Shown piece after piece: positions 33,691 to 42,150 of a DNA stretch of 64,000 nt (its first letter is position 1; every line of letters starts with the position of its first letter). Below the pieces are notes generated by a model, which saw only the letters and a program-made list of their open reading frames with translations, was not told where the DNA came from and made no database searches. Origin of the DNA: Alphaproteobacteria bacterium. Its GTDB lineage: Bacteria; Pseudomonadota; Alphaproteobacteria; GCA-2731375. Location: assembly GCA_965232515.1 (NCBI GenBank), contig CBDDPY010000002.1, positions 6,144,001-6,208,000 of the forward strand. Direction: 5' to 3'. Position numbers and translations under genes: made by a program.

Positions 33691-34698
33691 CTATTCGGTC
33701 TTGGCCGCGACCAAACCAGCTGACGCTTTTTCGGCGAAGCTGTTGTCGACGAAGCCGGCGAGCTTTGGCGCCTCGCGCAGAACCTGACCGATGGTCAGGC
33801 CCCAGCCGTTGTATTCGGCGTCGGCGATGTCGTTTTGGGTCCAGACGAAACGGTCGTAGCGGGTCATCTCGACCCATTCGCGCGCTTGTTCGTCGCGCAC
33901 GACCACGCCCTGGCGGTGGAAGAAGATGATCAGCAGCCGCGCCGCGTCGTCCGGATCCTCGTTGATGTAGTTCAGCGCGCGGACCCAGCCGTTGACGAAC
34001 CGCTGCACGGTAACCGGCGATTTTTCGATCATCTCATTGCGGGTGATCAACGCCTGCGCGCCGATGACGCCGAGGGTGCCGACGACCTGATCGGCGGTGA
34101 GCAGATGCCGGGCCTGACCGCCGTCGATCAGTACCTTGGTGAAGTGCTGCGATTCGAACACCGCGTCGGCGAGGTTGTTCTTGAAGGCGCTCGTCAGTTG
34201 GTCGGCGGTCAGCAGGCGGATCTGAACATCGCCGGGCTGCAGCCTGGCCTGATTGAGCAGGCGCATGAGCACCGGGAACGCTTCCGAACCGTTGCCGACG
34301 CCGACGGACTTGCCCTTCAGGTCGGCGACGCCGTTCAGATCCTGGTTGCTCTTCGGCACGACCAGCTCGGTCTTGGTGCCCCAGCCATTCAACGAAATCG
34401 CTTTGACCGGCAGGCTGGAGGCGGCGGCGACGAGAAACGTCCGTTGCGGCACGGCCGCGAAGTCGCTGGAGCCGACGCCTATGGAGCGCAAGGCCGCGGT
34501 GGCCGAGGTGATGGCCAGGCCGCTGACCAACAGGCCCTCCTCGCTGAACAGGCCGCGTTCGATGCCGACGATGGCCGGCAAGGCGTCCCAGCCGCTGCTG
34601 AACGACAGGCGTACCAGGGAAGACTCCTGCGCCGACGCCCGCACCGCGAACACGGCAATCAGCGCTGCGAGTACAACCGAAATCACTTGTCGTTTCAT
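33691..34698 (-). CDS. ABC-type substrate-binding protein (SsuA/NMT1-THI5-like), orphan
   Basis: Signal peptide; GLFSEEGL, VADLKGKSVGV, VQRFVNGWVRALNYINEDPDDAA. Confidence 0.85.
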   Translation of the reverse strand: MKRQVISVVLAALIAVFAVRASAQESSLVRLSFSSGWDALPAIVGIERGLFSEEGLLVSGLAITSATAALRSIGVGSSDFAAVPQRTFLVAAASSLPVKAISLNGWGTKTELVVPKSNQDLNGVADLKGKSVGVGNGSEAFPVLMRLLNQARLQPGDVQIRLLTADQLTSAFKNNLADAVFESQHFTKVLIDGGQARHLLTADQVVGTLGVIGAQALITRNEMIEKSPVTVQRFVNGWVRALNYINEDPDDAARLLIIFFHRQGVVVRDEQAREWVEMTRYDRFVWTQNDIADAEYNGWGLTIGQVLREAPKLAGFVDNSFAEKASAGLVAAKTE

Positions 34699-34743
34699 GG
34701 CCGACCGTCCTGACGCATTGTCGCTGCCGTTATTAGACGCCTC

Positions 34744-35559
34744 TTAGGGCGCCATGCTCAACACCGATTGCAGACCGGGGGCGGCGGCGAGGTCCTGCAC
34801 CACGTTGATCTGCACGAACAGATTGTTGTTCACGATGTTGAAGTCGCCGGGCACCTGGGTGATCTGGAAGATGCCGCTGGCGCCGTTCAGGTTGCCGACG
34901 ACGGTCTGGATGGTGACGTCGCCGTTGTTACCGACATTGACATCGGCCAGTGACGGCGCCGGCGCTGGCGGCCCGTTGACCACGAGGTTGCCGGTTGGAT
35001 TGCTGTTCGGCTGGATCGAGCCGCTGAAGATCACGCTGAAATCGAGGCCGTTGAAGGCACCGCGTTCGGTGGCCATCTCGCTCTCGTCCAACGCTGCCCA
35101 TTGCGGATTGAACACGGTCGCCGCGGCAAGGTGCCGGACGCCATCGATCGAACCCGCGGGCACACCATCGTCGGCGACGACCTCGACCAGGCTCGGCGGC
35201 AACGACATCACCCCCGACGTCGTGTCGTTTTTGGTCGATGTCGTACCATCGTCGGTCGGCGCGACCGGCGCGCGTTTGGCGAGCGTCGCCCAGTCGATCT
35301 TGGCGACGCTTGGCAGCTGCGCGACCTCGATCTCGACCTCGCCGCGCGACATCTCGACCTCTTTGGTCGTCACCGTCTGCGATTCCATATGGACGCGGAC
35401 GACGGGCACGAGCGCCGGCGCCAGCTCGGGCGGCGCCGAGGTCTGGGTTGTCGATGGTGGTGCGCAGGCGGCCAGCGTGAATAGCAGTGCGGCCGCCAAT
35501 GACCGCGGACGGGCGTTCGATCGCCGCCGCGGTTCAGTGTCTGGATTGGCGCATGGCAT
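34744..35559 (-). CDS. FapE-like protein with lipoprotein signal
   Basis: Lipobox LAAC; ALDESEMATERG motif; C-terminal repeat NGASGIFQITQVPGDFNIVNN; start overlaps the C39 peptidase stop. Confidence 0.65.
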   Translation of the reverse strand: MPCANPDTEPRRRSNARPRSLAAALLFTLAACAPPSTTQTSAPPELAPALVPVVRVHMESQTVTTKEVEMSRGEVEIEVAQLPSVAKIDWATLAKRAPVAPTDDGTTSTKNDTTSGVMSLPPSLVEVVADDGVPAGSIDGVRHLAAATVFNPQWAALDESEMATERGAFNGLDFSVIFSGSIQPNSNPTGNLVVNGPPAPAPSLADVNVGNNGDVTIQTVVGNLNGASGIFQITQVPGDFNIVNNNLFVQINVVQDLAAAPGLQSVLSMAP

Positions 35560-36233
35560 CAGAATTCACCTGCCAGCGGCCGGATCGTCGCCAAGTTGCG
35601 ACTGAGCAGCATCATGATTTCTTCGGACGGCCCCTTCACGACCTGGCTGGTGCGGAAGGACTCGTCGCCTTGCCGTTGCTGATCCACGACCGCGAGGATG
35701 ATGTTTTTCCACTCGGATTCGAATTGGTCGAGCGGGCGGGACAGGTTGCCGAAGGCGGGATCTGCGATCAGAACCCGGCCATTTTCGACGCCCTTTACGA
35801 CAACGAAATGCGCATAGCCACGGGTGTTGATAAGGGTGATGACGGGCACTTTGAGCTGAAGCAGGTCGCGTACGTTGGCCAATTGAAAGCCGTCGGCCGC
35901 GTAACCGCGCGCTTCCGCCGCCTTTTTCATTTCGAGCATCGAGAAGCCGCGCTTCTGGATCTCCTCGACGTCGCCGGCCGCGACCATGTCGTCGATCAGT
36001 TCGCGTTCGGTGCGGGGGTCGCTGTAGAAGTAGGTGAACAGCGTCGCCATCGCCGCGGCGCCACAACTGACATCGAAACCCTGCCGCACCACATTCTTGA
36101 AGCGCAGACCGGCCATGCTCTCGACCGGCACATTGAGCACGGTGTTGCCCGGAATGGCAAAGGTTTGCGCGGCCGCCGGCGCTGACAGCGCGAATACGGC
36201 AAGCAGTACGGTTATGAGGCGCCGGGCGGTCAT
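35559..36233 (-). CDS. C39 family peptidase (FapD-like)
   Basis: RQGFDVSCGAAA (Q, C), AHFVVV (H), IADPAFGN (D); signal peptide; GFSMLEMK. Confidence 0.92.
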   Translation of the reverse strand: MTARRLITVLLAVFALSAPAAAQTFAIPGNTVLNVPVESMAGLRFKNVVRQGFDVSCGAAAMATLFTYFYSDPRTERELIDDMVAAGDVEEIQKRGFSMLEMKKAAEARGYAADGFQLANVRDLLQLKVPVITLINTRGYAHFVVVKGVENGRVLIADPAFGNLSRPLDQFESEWKNIILAVVDQQRQGDESFRTSQVVKGPSEEIMMLLSRNLATIRPLAGEF

Positions 36234-37066
36234 TGCAGCGGCACCACATTGACCGACATCGCCAGCGCATTGCGCGCGATGTTGCCGTCGCCGGACGCCT
36301 GGCCGATCTGGGCGATGCCGCGGAAGTTGGTGAAGGAATCGGTGACGAAATCGCCGCGCGGCCGCTGCAGGCCATCCTCCTGGTAGATGGTCGTCAGATG
36401 GTTGTTCGCCACCTGCTCGTCGAGCGTGATCGCGTTCAGCGGCGACAGTGTCTGCGGGTTGTCGGCGATGCCGAGCGCCAGCGCGTTGGTTTGCTGGTTC
36501 AGGTTGCCGGCCGATTGATTGACGCCGACGATCCCGGTCGCGTTGTCGAAGCTGTTCATCACCGTATTGTCGCGGGCGACGTCGGTGACGGTAAGCCGGT
36601 TGTCGATCAGCCGGGTCTCGACAATGACCTCCTGCAGCTGCGTTTGATCGGCCGCCGTGCCGAGCGTGACGGCGCGCACATTGGCCTGATTGTTCAGGTT
36701 GCCGACTTCCTGATTGATGCTCATCATCCCGTGGGACTCGGAAAACGATTCGAAGATCGTGGTCCGACGCACCGGCTCCTCTGGCTCGCCGATGAACTTG
36801 ATGAAGGCCGGGTTGTCTTTAAACGTTTCGTAGTAGAGCGTGCCCGCGAGCGGATGCTCGACCTCGTCCTGCGTGATCGTGACGCGATTGCCGATCAGCG
36901 CCTGGTCGACCCTGGCGGTTGCCACCGCGGTGCTGCTGGAGAGCGCAGCGACACCGGCAATATCATTGACGCCAATGGACTGCGCACTTGCGGTAAGCGG
37001 CAGGATCGCCACGACGGCGACCGCGCCTGCCAGCGCAGCGTTGCGCCCTGGTCCTCTCCACGACAT
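36230..37066 (-). CDS. Fap-type amyloid minor subunit (FapB-like)
   Basis: Signal peptide; three repeats: SFSESHGMMSINQEVGNLNNQAN, SFDNATGIVGVNQSAGNLNQQTN, SFTNFRGIAQIGQASGDGNIARN. Confidence 0.75.
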   Translation of the reverse strand: MSWRGPGRNAALAGAVAVVAILPLTASAQSIGVNDIAGVAALSSSTAVATARVDQALIGNRVTITQDEVEHPLAGTLYYETFKDNPAFIKFIGEPEEPVRRTTIFESFSESHGMMSINQEVGNLNNQANVRAVTLGTAADQTQLQEVIVETRLIDNRLTVTDVARDNTVMNSFDNATGIVGVNQSAGNLNQQTNALALGIADNPQTLSPLNAITLDEQVANNHLTTIYQEDGLQRPRGDFVTDSFTNFRGIAQIGQASGDGNIARNALAMSVNVVPLQ

Positions 37067-37112
37067 TGCCCGTCACCAAAACCTGCTTATCCAAACGACT
37101 AAATGTCCCAAA

Positions 37113-37150
37113 CGAATAAAAAGAGCGGGGAGGGGGCGAGCCCCCTCCCG
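37113..37150 (-). terminator. Intrinsic terminator/attenuator between major and minor amyloid subunit genes
   Basis: Minus strand GGGAGGGGG-CTCG-CCCCCTCCC followed by CGCTCTTTTTATT. Confidence 0.75.
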
Positions 37151-37163
37151 AGCAAATAGCGGA

Positions 37164-38042
37164 TCAGATATTCGGTGCGCCGATCGTGACCTGCGACGTA
37201 AGCGCCGAGAAGGAAACGACCGAGGCCTGGTTGATGTAGTTGCCGGTGGTCTGGTTGACCGCCGTGATGCCGTTGTTGCCGGTGATCGATGCCGAGATGG
37301 TGTTCGACCGGGCGAAGTTCTCCTCGAACAACGTGTTGTTCTCGTTCTCCTGGCCCAAAGCCGACTCGGACAACGCGGCCGTGCCGTTGATGCCGACCGA
37401 CAGTGACACGGCATTGTGCTGGTTCACCGCATCGCCGGTATTCTGGTTCACGCCGACGATACCGCTGTTGCCGATCACCGAATTGGTCATGCTGTTGACA
37501 CGGGTTTCGTCGAACTTGACGACGACGATCGGCGGCTTGCCGGGTTCGTCGACCGTCTCGGTGCCGGTGTCGTTTTCGACCTGGACGAGGGTGTTGTCGT
37601 CGTTGTCCTGCTCGACCCACGCCTGCGCGTCGGCCGCCGACGATAGGCCGGTGGTCAGCGCGAAGGCCACGACGTTCCCCTGGTTGGCGAAGTTGCCGGC
37701 GTCCTGGTTCACGTGCGTGATGCCGGTATTGGCGTTGATCGAATCGACGATAACGGCGTCGAAATCGAGACCGAGTTCCTCCGAGCCATTGGTGTCATTG
37801 GTGACGAGCTCGTTCTCGGCGTTGACCACGGCCTCGGCTTCGGCCGCGCCTTCCGGCATGATCATCGACTCGACCTGAATGAACAACGCCTTGTCCTTCA
37901 GGATGTCCTCGTCGATGTTGATTTCCTTGTCCTTGTCGAGGAAGGCCTCGACATCGACATCAGCCATGGCCGACCAGGACGTTGTGCCAAGCAGCAGCGC
38001 CGTCGTCAGCCCCAGGCTTGCGTGTAAGAGCTTTCTCATCAC
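37164..38042 (-). CDS. Fap-type amyloid subunit (FapC-like, copy 2)
   Basis: Signal peptide ending AMA; repeats SINANTGITHVNQDAGNFANQGN, SVIGNSGIVGVNQNTGDAVNQHN, SITGNNGITAVNQTTGNYINQAS; GGAG RBS. Confidence 0.8.
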   Translation of the reverse strand: MMRKLLHASLGLTTALLLGTTSWSAMADVDVEAFLDKDKEINIDEDILKDKALFIQVESMIMPEGAAEAEAVVNAENELVTNDTNGSEELGLDFDAVIVDSINANTGITHVNQDAGNFANQGNVVAFALTTGLSSAADAQAWVEQDNDDNTLVQVENDTGTETVDEPGKPPIVVVKFDETRVNSMTNSVIGNSGIVGVNQNTGDAVNQHNAVSLSVGINGTAALSESALGQENENNTLFEENFARSNTISASITGNNGITAVNQTTGNYINQASVVSFSALTSQVTIGAPNI

Positions 38043-38083
38043 TTAGGCTCCCTTCCGTATTCGCTAGGTTGCCGCGACCGGGC

Positions 38084-38875
38084 TTACTGGATCACCGCCG
38101 ACCCGAAGGCCACGATGTTGCCCTGGTTCGAGTAGTTGCCAACCGACTGGTTGACGCCCGTGATGCCGCTGTTGTTGGTCACGGACGTGGTGAGCGTCGC
38201 CAACCGGAAAGCGTTCTGCTCGGTCAGAACCAGCTCGAGATTCAGCTGACCGAGATCGGCTTCCGTCAGGATCGTGCCCGCGCCACCGGCGCCCGTCGTC
38301 ACGGCCATCGAGACGGCGTTTGCCTGGTTGCTGAACACGCCGACGGCCTGGTTGACATGCGTGATGCCGCTGCCGCCTTGCACCGAACCGGTGATCAGGG
38401 CTTCACGCTCCGTGCCGTCAACCGAGTTGAACGGGACGTCGCTGTTGATCTGCTGGGCATTGGCCTGCGCCTCGCCGAAGCTCGGATCGGCGCCCGTCGC
38501 CACGGCCGCGCTGACGGCGTTGCCCTGGTTCAGGAAGTTACCGGAGGCCTGGTTCACGCTCAGCACGCCGGTGTTGGTGTTCGCCGAGTTTTCGATCGTG
38601 TCGGTGCGGAAGGTCTCGACTTCTTCCAGCTCGTTGTTGTCGTTCTTCTGGTAGACCTGCAGATCCGACTCCGCGAACTTCTCGACCATGGCCATCACCT
38701 GCACCTGCAGGAATACGGCCTTGTCCTTCAGGATATCCTCTTGGATGTCCTTGTCCTTGAACTTGAAGATCTCGGCGTCGACGTCGACCTCGCCCGAGCT
38801 CTCCTCTTCTTGCGCCAGCGCCGGACTCGTCATGAGGAGCAGCGCTGCTGCAGTGCTCAAAAGCACGTTTCTCAT
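38084..38875 (-). CDS. Fap-type amyloid subunit (FapC-like, copy 1)
   Basis: AGGAGG RBS; signal peptide ending ALA; repeats SANTNTGVLSVNQASGNFLNQGN, SVQGGSGITHVNQAVGVFSNQAN, SVTNNSGITGVNQSVGNYSNQGN. Confidence 0.8.
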   Translation of the reverse strand: MRNVLLSTAAALLLMTSPALAQEEESSGEVDVDAEIFKFKDKDIQEDILKDKAVFLQVQVMAMVEKFAESDLQVYQKNDNNELEEVETFRTDTIENSANTNTGVLSVNQASGNFLNQGNAVSAAVATGADPSFGEAQANAQQINSDVPFNSVDGTEREALITGSVQGGSGITHVNQAVGVFSNQANAVSMAVTTGAGGAGTILTEADLGQLNLELVLTEQNAFRLATLTTSVTNNSGITGVNQSVGNYSNQGNIVAFGSAVIQ

Positions 38876-39023
38876 GCTTTTTCCTCCTGTTAAATACCGC
38901 TGGTTACCGGCGTTGGCAGTCACTAGGGTGGAAGCCATTCATGAAGCCCACGGGAACCAGCCCGACGGCCCGCCGACGACGGGCCCCGATGAAAGCAGAT
39001 CATTCGGAAGGGAGCGGCGCGTC

Positions 39024-39035
39024 TCCCAAATGGGG
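39024..39035. promoter_or_regulatory. Putative LuxR-type operator box 1
   Basis: TCCCAAATGGGG (reverse complement CCCCATTTGGGA), about 150 bp upstream of the amyloid operon. Confidence 0.5.
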
Positions 39036-39137
39036 TAGCGGCGGCCATTTTTTTTGACACCGATACCCGTGCATGTCGGCTGACTGATGTCGGGGAACGT
39101 CGACAGCATTTTCGTCATCTGAACTTTGTCACCGCAT

Positions 39138-39155
39138 GACCCTCATTTGGGGGTC
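39138..39155. promoter_or_regulatory. Putative LuxR-type operator box 2
   Basis: Near-perfect 18-bp palindrome GACCCTCATTTGGGGGTC. Confidence 0.55.
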
Positions 39156-39416
39156 GCGGCCCGACGGACCTTTGTCTAGCGTGCGGCAACGACAGCGTGA
39201 CGATTGCCGGATTTTGCATCTCTCGACCGCACGGCAATCAGGTGTGCCGGGATTGGCCCCGCGCGCAGAAGGACCTCGCCAGTAAAGGCGTATTGCTGTC
39301 CCAGCGCGCAAGGCCGTCGTGTGTCAGTGTTGATTTGGCCTGTACGGAATTGCGCGTGCGTTGGGGAAACGTGTGGCAGTCCCATGTTCGCGCGTCGATC
39401 TGATGGGATGGGGGGT

Positions 39417-39608
39417 GTGATACAGGCAAACGACAATGAAAAGTCAATTGGCCCATTGACGGCCAAGGAATGGCTCGAACTCGACCACTGGTCGTTTCAG
39501 GAATTGCCGCGGCATGCCTACGCGTTGTTCACGAAGCTGCTTGACGCGCACAAAGTTCCGATCGAACGCTGGCATAGTCAGGATGCGGCCGATGGCCCCG
39601 AGCGCTGA
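39417..39608 (+). CDS. Uncharacterised 63-aa protein (paralog A)
   Basis: GPLTAKEWLELDHWSFQELPRHAY; aligns without gaps to 43522-43713; GTG start chosen from that alignment (alternative ATG 39408). Confidence 0.75.
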   Translation: MIQANDNEKSIGPLTAKEWLELDHWSFQELPRHAYALFTKLLDAHKVPIERWHSQDAADGPER

Positions 39609-39662
39609 CGAAGGTCGATGGCAAATGCCGAAGCTCGTCCGGATACGACGGGTCGCCGCGCG

Positions 39663-40442
39663 CTAGTCTGTCGCCAGGCGCGCATGGAGCGCTTGCAGCA
39701 ACCGCGAAAGCTCGCTTTGACGCCCGGTACCGGTCTTGTCGAACATGTGCTTCAGATGCGTGCGCGCCGTTCCGGTGGTCACACCGAGTTTTTCGGCGGT
39801 GAGATCCAGCCTGTCGCCGCCGGCCAACAACGCCGCAATCTGGCTTTCCGCCGGCGTCAGACCAAAGAGCTCTTCGAGATCGTGGGGCGGCAACGATACC
39901 GGCCGTTCCGGATCGGCAACGAAGACCACGATCGGATCGTGATCGTCCAGGTGCGACGGGTCTTGTCGCTGCAGCCGATATGCGGCGAGTAGAAGCGGCT
40001 GCCGATGATCGTGGCGGTCGATTGCGAGCACGTTCGTTGCCGGATCATCGTCACCGCGCGATCCGTCGCGAACACAGGCGACCATCCGGGCGAGTTCGCC
40101 CGCCTGCGTCGAACTGTCCACGCTCAGTCGACCGGCCGTGATCGACAGCCCGTCATCCTGCGCCACGATCTCATTCACGTATCTGTTCGACCAGAAGACA
40201 TGTTCCTGACGGTCGAGCAGTGCGACGCCAATCGCCAGCCTGTCGAGTGCCGCCGTGACGGCGGTTGTGAATTCGTCTGACGCAGCTGCTGTGCGTGCAA
40301 GATCATCGAGACGGTCGGTCAGAAGCCGACGCTGAGCCGCATCGACCGGGAGGTCCGCGATTTCATCAATGAGCTGAGAGATCGCAACCTGCAGCCGGTG
40401 CGTCGATGCGACCGTATCCGCTCGCTGACGCCCCACGCTCAT
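39663..40442 (-). CDS. PAS-like + LuxR-HTH transcriptional regulator (copy 1)
   Basis: ALDRLAIGVALLD..WSN..DDGL; C-terminal LFGLTPAESQIA..LGVTTGTARTHLKHMFDKTGTGRQSEL. Confidence 0.88.
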   Translation of the reverse strand: MSVGRQRADTVASTHRLQVAISQLIDEIADLPVDAAQRRLLTDRLDDLARTAAASDEFTTAVTAALDRLAIGVALLDRQEHVFWSNRYVNEIVAQDDGLSITAGRLSVDSSTQAGELARMVACVRDGSRGDDDPATNVLAIDRHDHRQPLLLAAYRLQRQDPSHLDDHDPIVVFVADPERPVSLPPHDLEELFGLTPAESQIAALLAGGDRLDLTAEKLGVTTGTARTHLKHMFDKTGTGRQSELSRLLQALHARLATD

Positions 40443-40644
40443 GAAATGCCCATCCCGGCATTTTGTTGTGGTTTGTTCTGCACGCGGCCCGAACCCCGAT
40501 GGCGCTTTATTGCTCCCAGACGCATTACTGAAGCAAACGAAGAGCCGACGTGATGTTCAGTACAGATGCAGCATTTACTACTTATATTAGTTTTAGTTCG
40601 AATATAATATTCGTCAGCCCTGAATATTCTCTACCTGTAGTATT

Positions 40645-40661
40645 AGCAAGCAGTGTGCCAA
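40645..40661 (-). promoter_or_regulatory. Sigma54 (-24/-12) promoter
   Basis: Minus strand TTGGCAC-ACTGC-TTGCT, an exact TGGCAC-N5-TTGC match about 200 bp upstream of regulator copy 1 in an AT-rich tract. Confidence 0.7.
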
Positions 40662-40851
40662 ACGTGGTTAATTCCAATTTATCTTCCTGAACAACGCCTT
40701 AAGACCGGCCGTGTGCTGCCGTGGGGCAAGAAAGTGTAAAATCCTCCGACAATGCGTCGAGATTCTTTACAGCTTAGCCAATCCATCCGAAGCAGGATTG
40801 TCCATACGAGGCGTCGTGCGCGTTTGGTTTCGGCGCGCGACCTCGCGTTGG

Positions 40852-41625
40852 TTAGCGGATCTTTCCGTGCAGAGAATGCAGAAGCCGGGCGAGTTCGCTT
40901 TGCCGGCCGGTGCCGGTCTTGTCGAAGATATGTTTGAGATGCGTGCGCGCGGTGCCTGTCGTCACGCCGAGCTTTTCGGCGGCGGAGTCCAGGCGGTCAC
41001 CGCCGGCCAGCCGGGCGGCTACCTGACTTTCGGCCGGCGTCAGGCCGAACAGCGTTTCGAGGTCTGCGGCCGGCAACGACATCGGTCGATCCGGATCGGC
41101 GACAAACACGGCCACGATATTGCGATGTCGTTGCGAGGTCGAATTCCCATGACGTAGTGGAAACGCCGCGACCAGGCATGGCCGCTCATGCCGCCGGCGG
41201 TCGATGGCCAGCACGGCGCCCGTCGTGTCGTCGGCGTCGCCTTGTCGATCGTGCGCCCGCTCTATCAGCCGGCTGAGTGCGTTCGCTTGCTCTGAGTTGT
41301 GCACCCGCAAGCGCCCGGCGGCGACGGTCAGTCCATCATCCTCTGCCAAGATGTCGTCCAGATACCGGTTCGACCAGATAACCGTCCCGGCGGCATCGAC
41401 AAGCGCGACGCCGACAGCGACCCGGTTCAATGTCCCAAGCGCGGCATCGGCGAGCGCTTGCGACTGCGCGACGGCTTTGCTGAGCGCATCGATCCGGGCG
41501 GTCAGCGCGTCGCGTCGTTGGGCGTCGATATCGAGGTTGGAAAGGTCGCGACGCATGCCCAACAAGACGTCGAGCAGCATACCCTGTCGGGTTGCAAGGT
41601 CTGTCCCCTCTCCCCTCATGTTCAT
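40852..41625 (-). CDS. PAS-like + LuxR-HTH transcriptional regulator (copy 2)
   Basis: LNRVAVGVALVD..WSN..DDGL; LGVTTGTARTHLKHIFDKTGTGRQSEL. Confidence 0.88.
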   Translation of the reverse strand: MNMRGEGTDLATRQGMLLDVLLGMRRDLSNLDIDAQRRDALTARIDALSKAVAQSQALADAALGTLNRVAVGVALVDAAGTVIWSNRYLDDILAEDDGLTVAAGRLRVHNSEQANALSRLIERAHDRQGDADDTTGAVLAIDRRRHERPCLVAAFPLRHGNSTSQRHRNIVAVFVADPDRPMSLPAADLETLFGLTPAESQVAARLAGGDRLDSAAEKLGVTTGTARTHLKHIFDKTGTGRQSELARLLHSLHGKIR

Positions 41626-41716
41626 GAAGATCTGGACCTCGGCCCTCAGCTAGGGCTAGCGCAAAATCAAGCCCGTTCAGGTGATCCGAAGTCTGTCAGC
41701 TTGCCGTGACCGTTTT

Positions 41717-41732
41717 TGTGACTTCGATCACT
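41717..41732. promoter_or_regulatory. CRP-family binding site
   Basis: TGTGA-CTTCGA-TCACT (9/10 match to TGTGA-N6-TCACA); weaker TGTGA-ACACAG-TTACG at 41820-41835. Confidence 0.55.
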
Positions 41733-41973
41733 CTTGGTCGCGCGTTACCAGAATGTCACAGCGCGACGATGTCGAAGATGGATGGGCAGAACACGCTCCT
41801 GATCGCTCGCCCTTCCATATGTGAACACAGTTACGTGTCAGTCTTGCGAAACCTGAAGCGTCGCGGCGGCGCGCGTCGATCGTTTTGACCGCGATCAGAG
41901 TTCGTTTCGTTTGCGATGCTGCGCCCCGCGAACCCACAGACGCCGCCGGATGTCCGGTTGCAGGTTTGGCTTG

Positions 41974-41986
41974 CCCCATTTGGGGG
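41974..41986. promoter_or_regulatory. Putative LuxR-type operator box 3
   Basis: CCCCATTTGGGGG about 170 bp upstream of the N-acyl synthase gene. Confidence 0.5.
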
Positions 41987-42150
41987 ACGACTCCGCCAGT
42001 TGCACATGATCAGTTTGGATGCTCGGAAATCTGCCGGCTGGCGTCGAATGTCGGCTTGCCGGCGACAGGAGGCGTTGCCACGACCGGGGGAGGAACGGGG
42101 CACCGGATGCGCAACGGCATCAATACGAATAAGAACGACAGGAGGTTCAG

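Noticed and set aside
35559-36233. C39 peptidase as a bacteriocin/RiPP maturation enzyme
   Set aside because: Stand-alone with a signal peptide; no ABC exporter or double-glycine precursor nearby; the context is Fap-like.
36230-38875. Curli (CsgA/CsgB) assignment
   Set aside because: Repeats are longer, number three and are separated by linkers; no csgG/E/F, but C39 and FapF-like genes are present.
39234-39249. Sigma54-like CGGCAC..TTGC upstream of the amyloid operon
   Set aside because: The spacer is 6 nt rather than the required 5.
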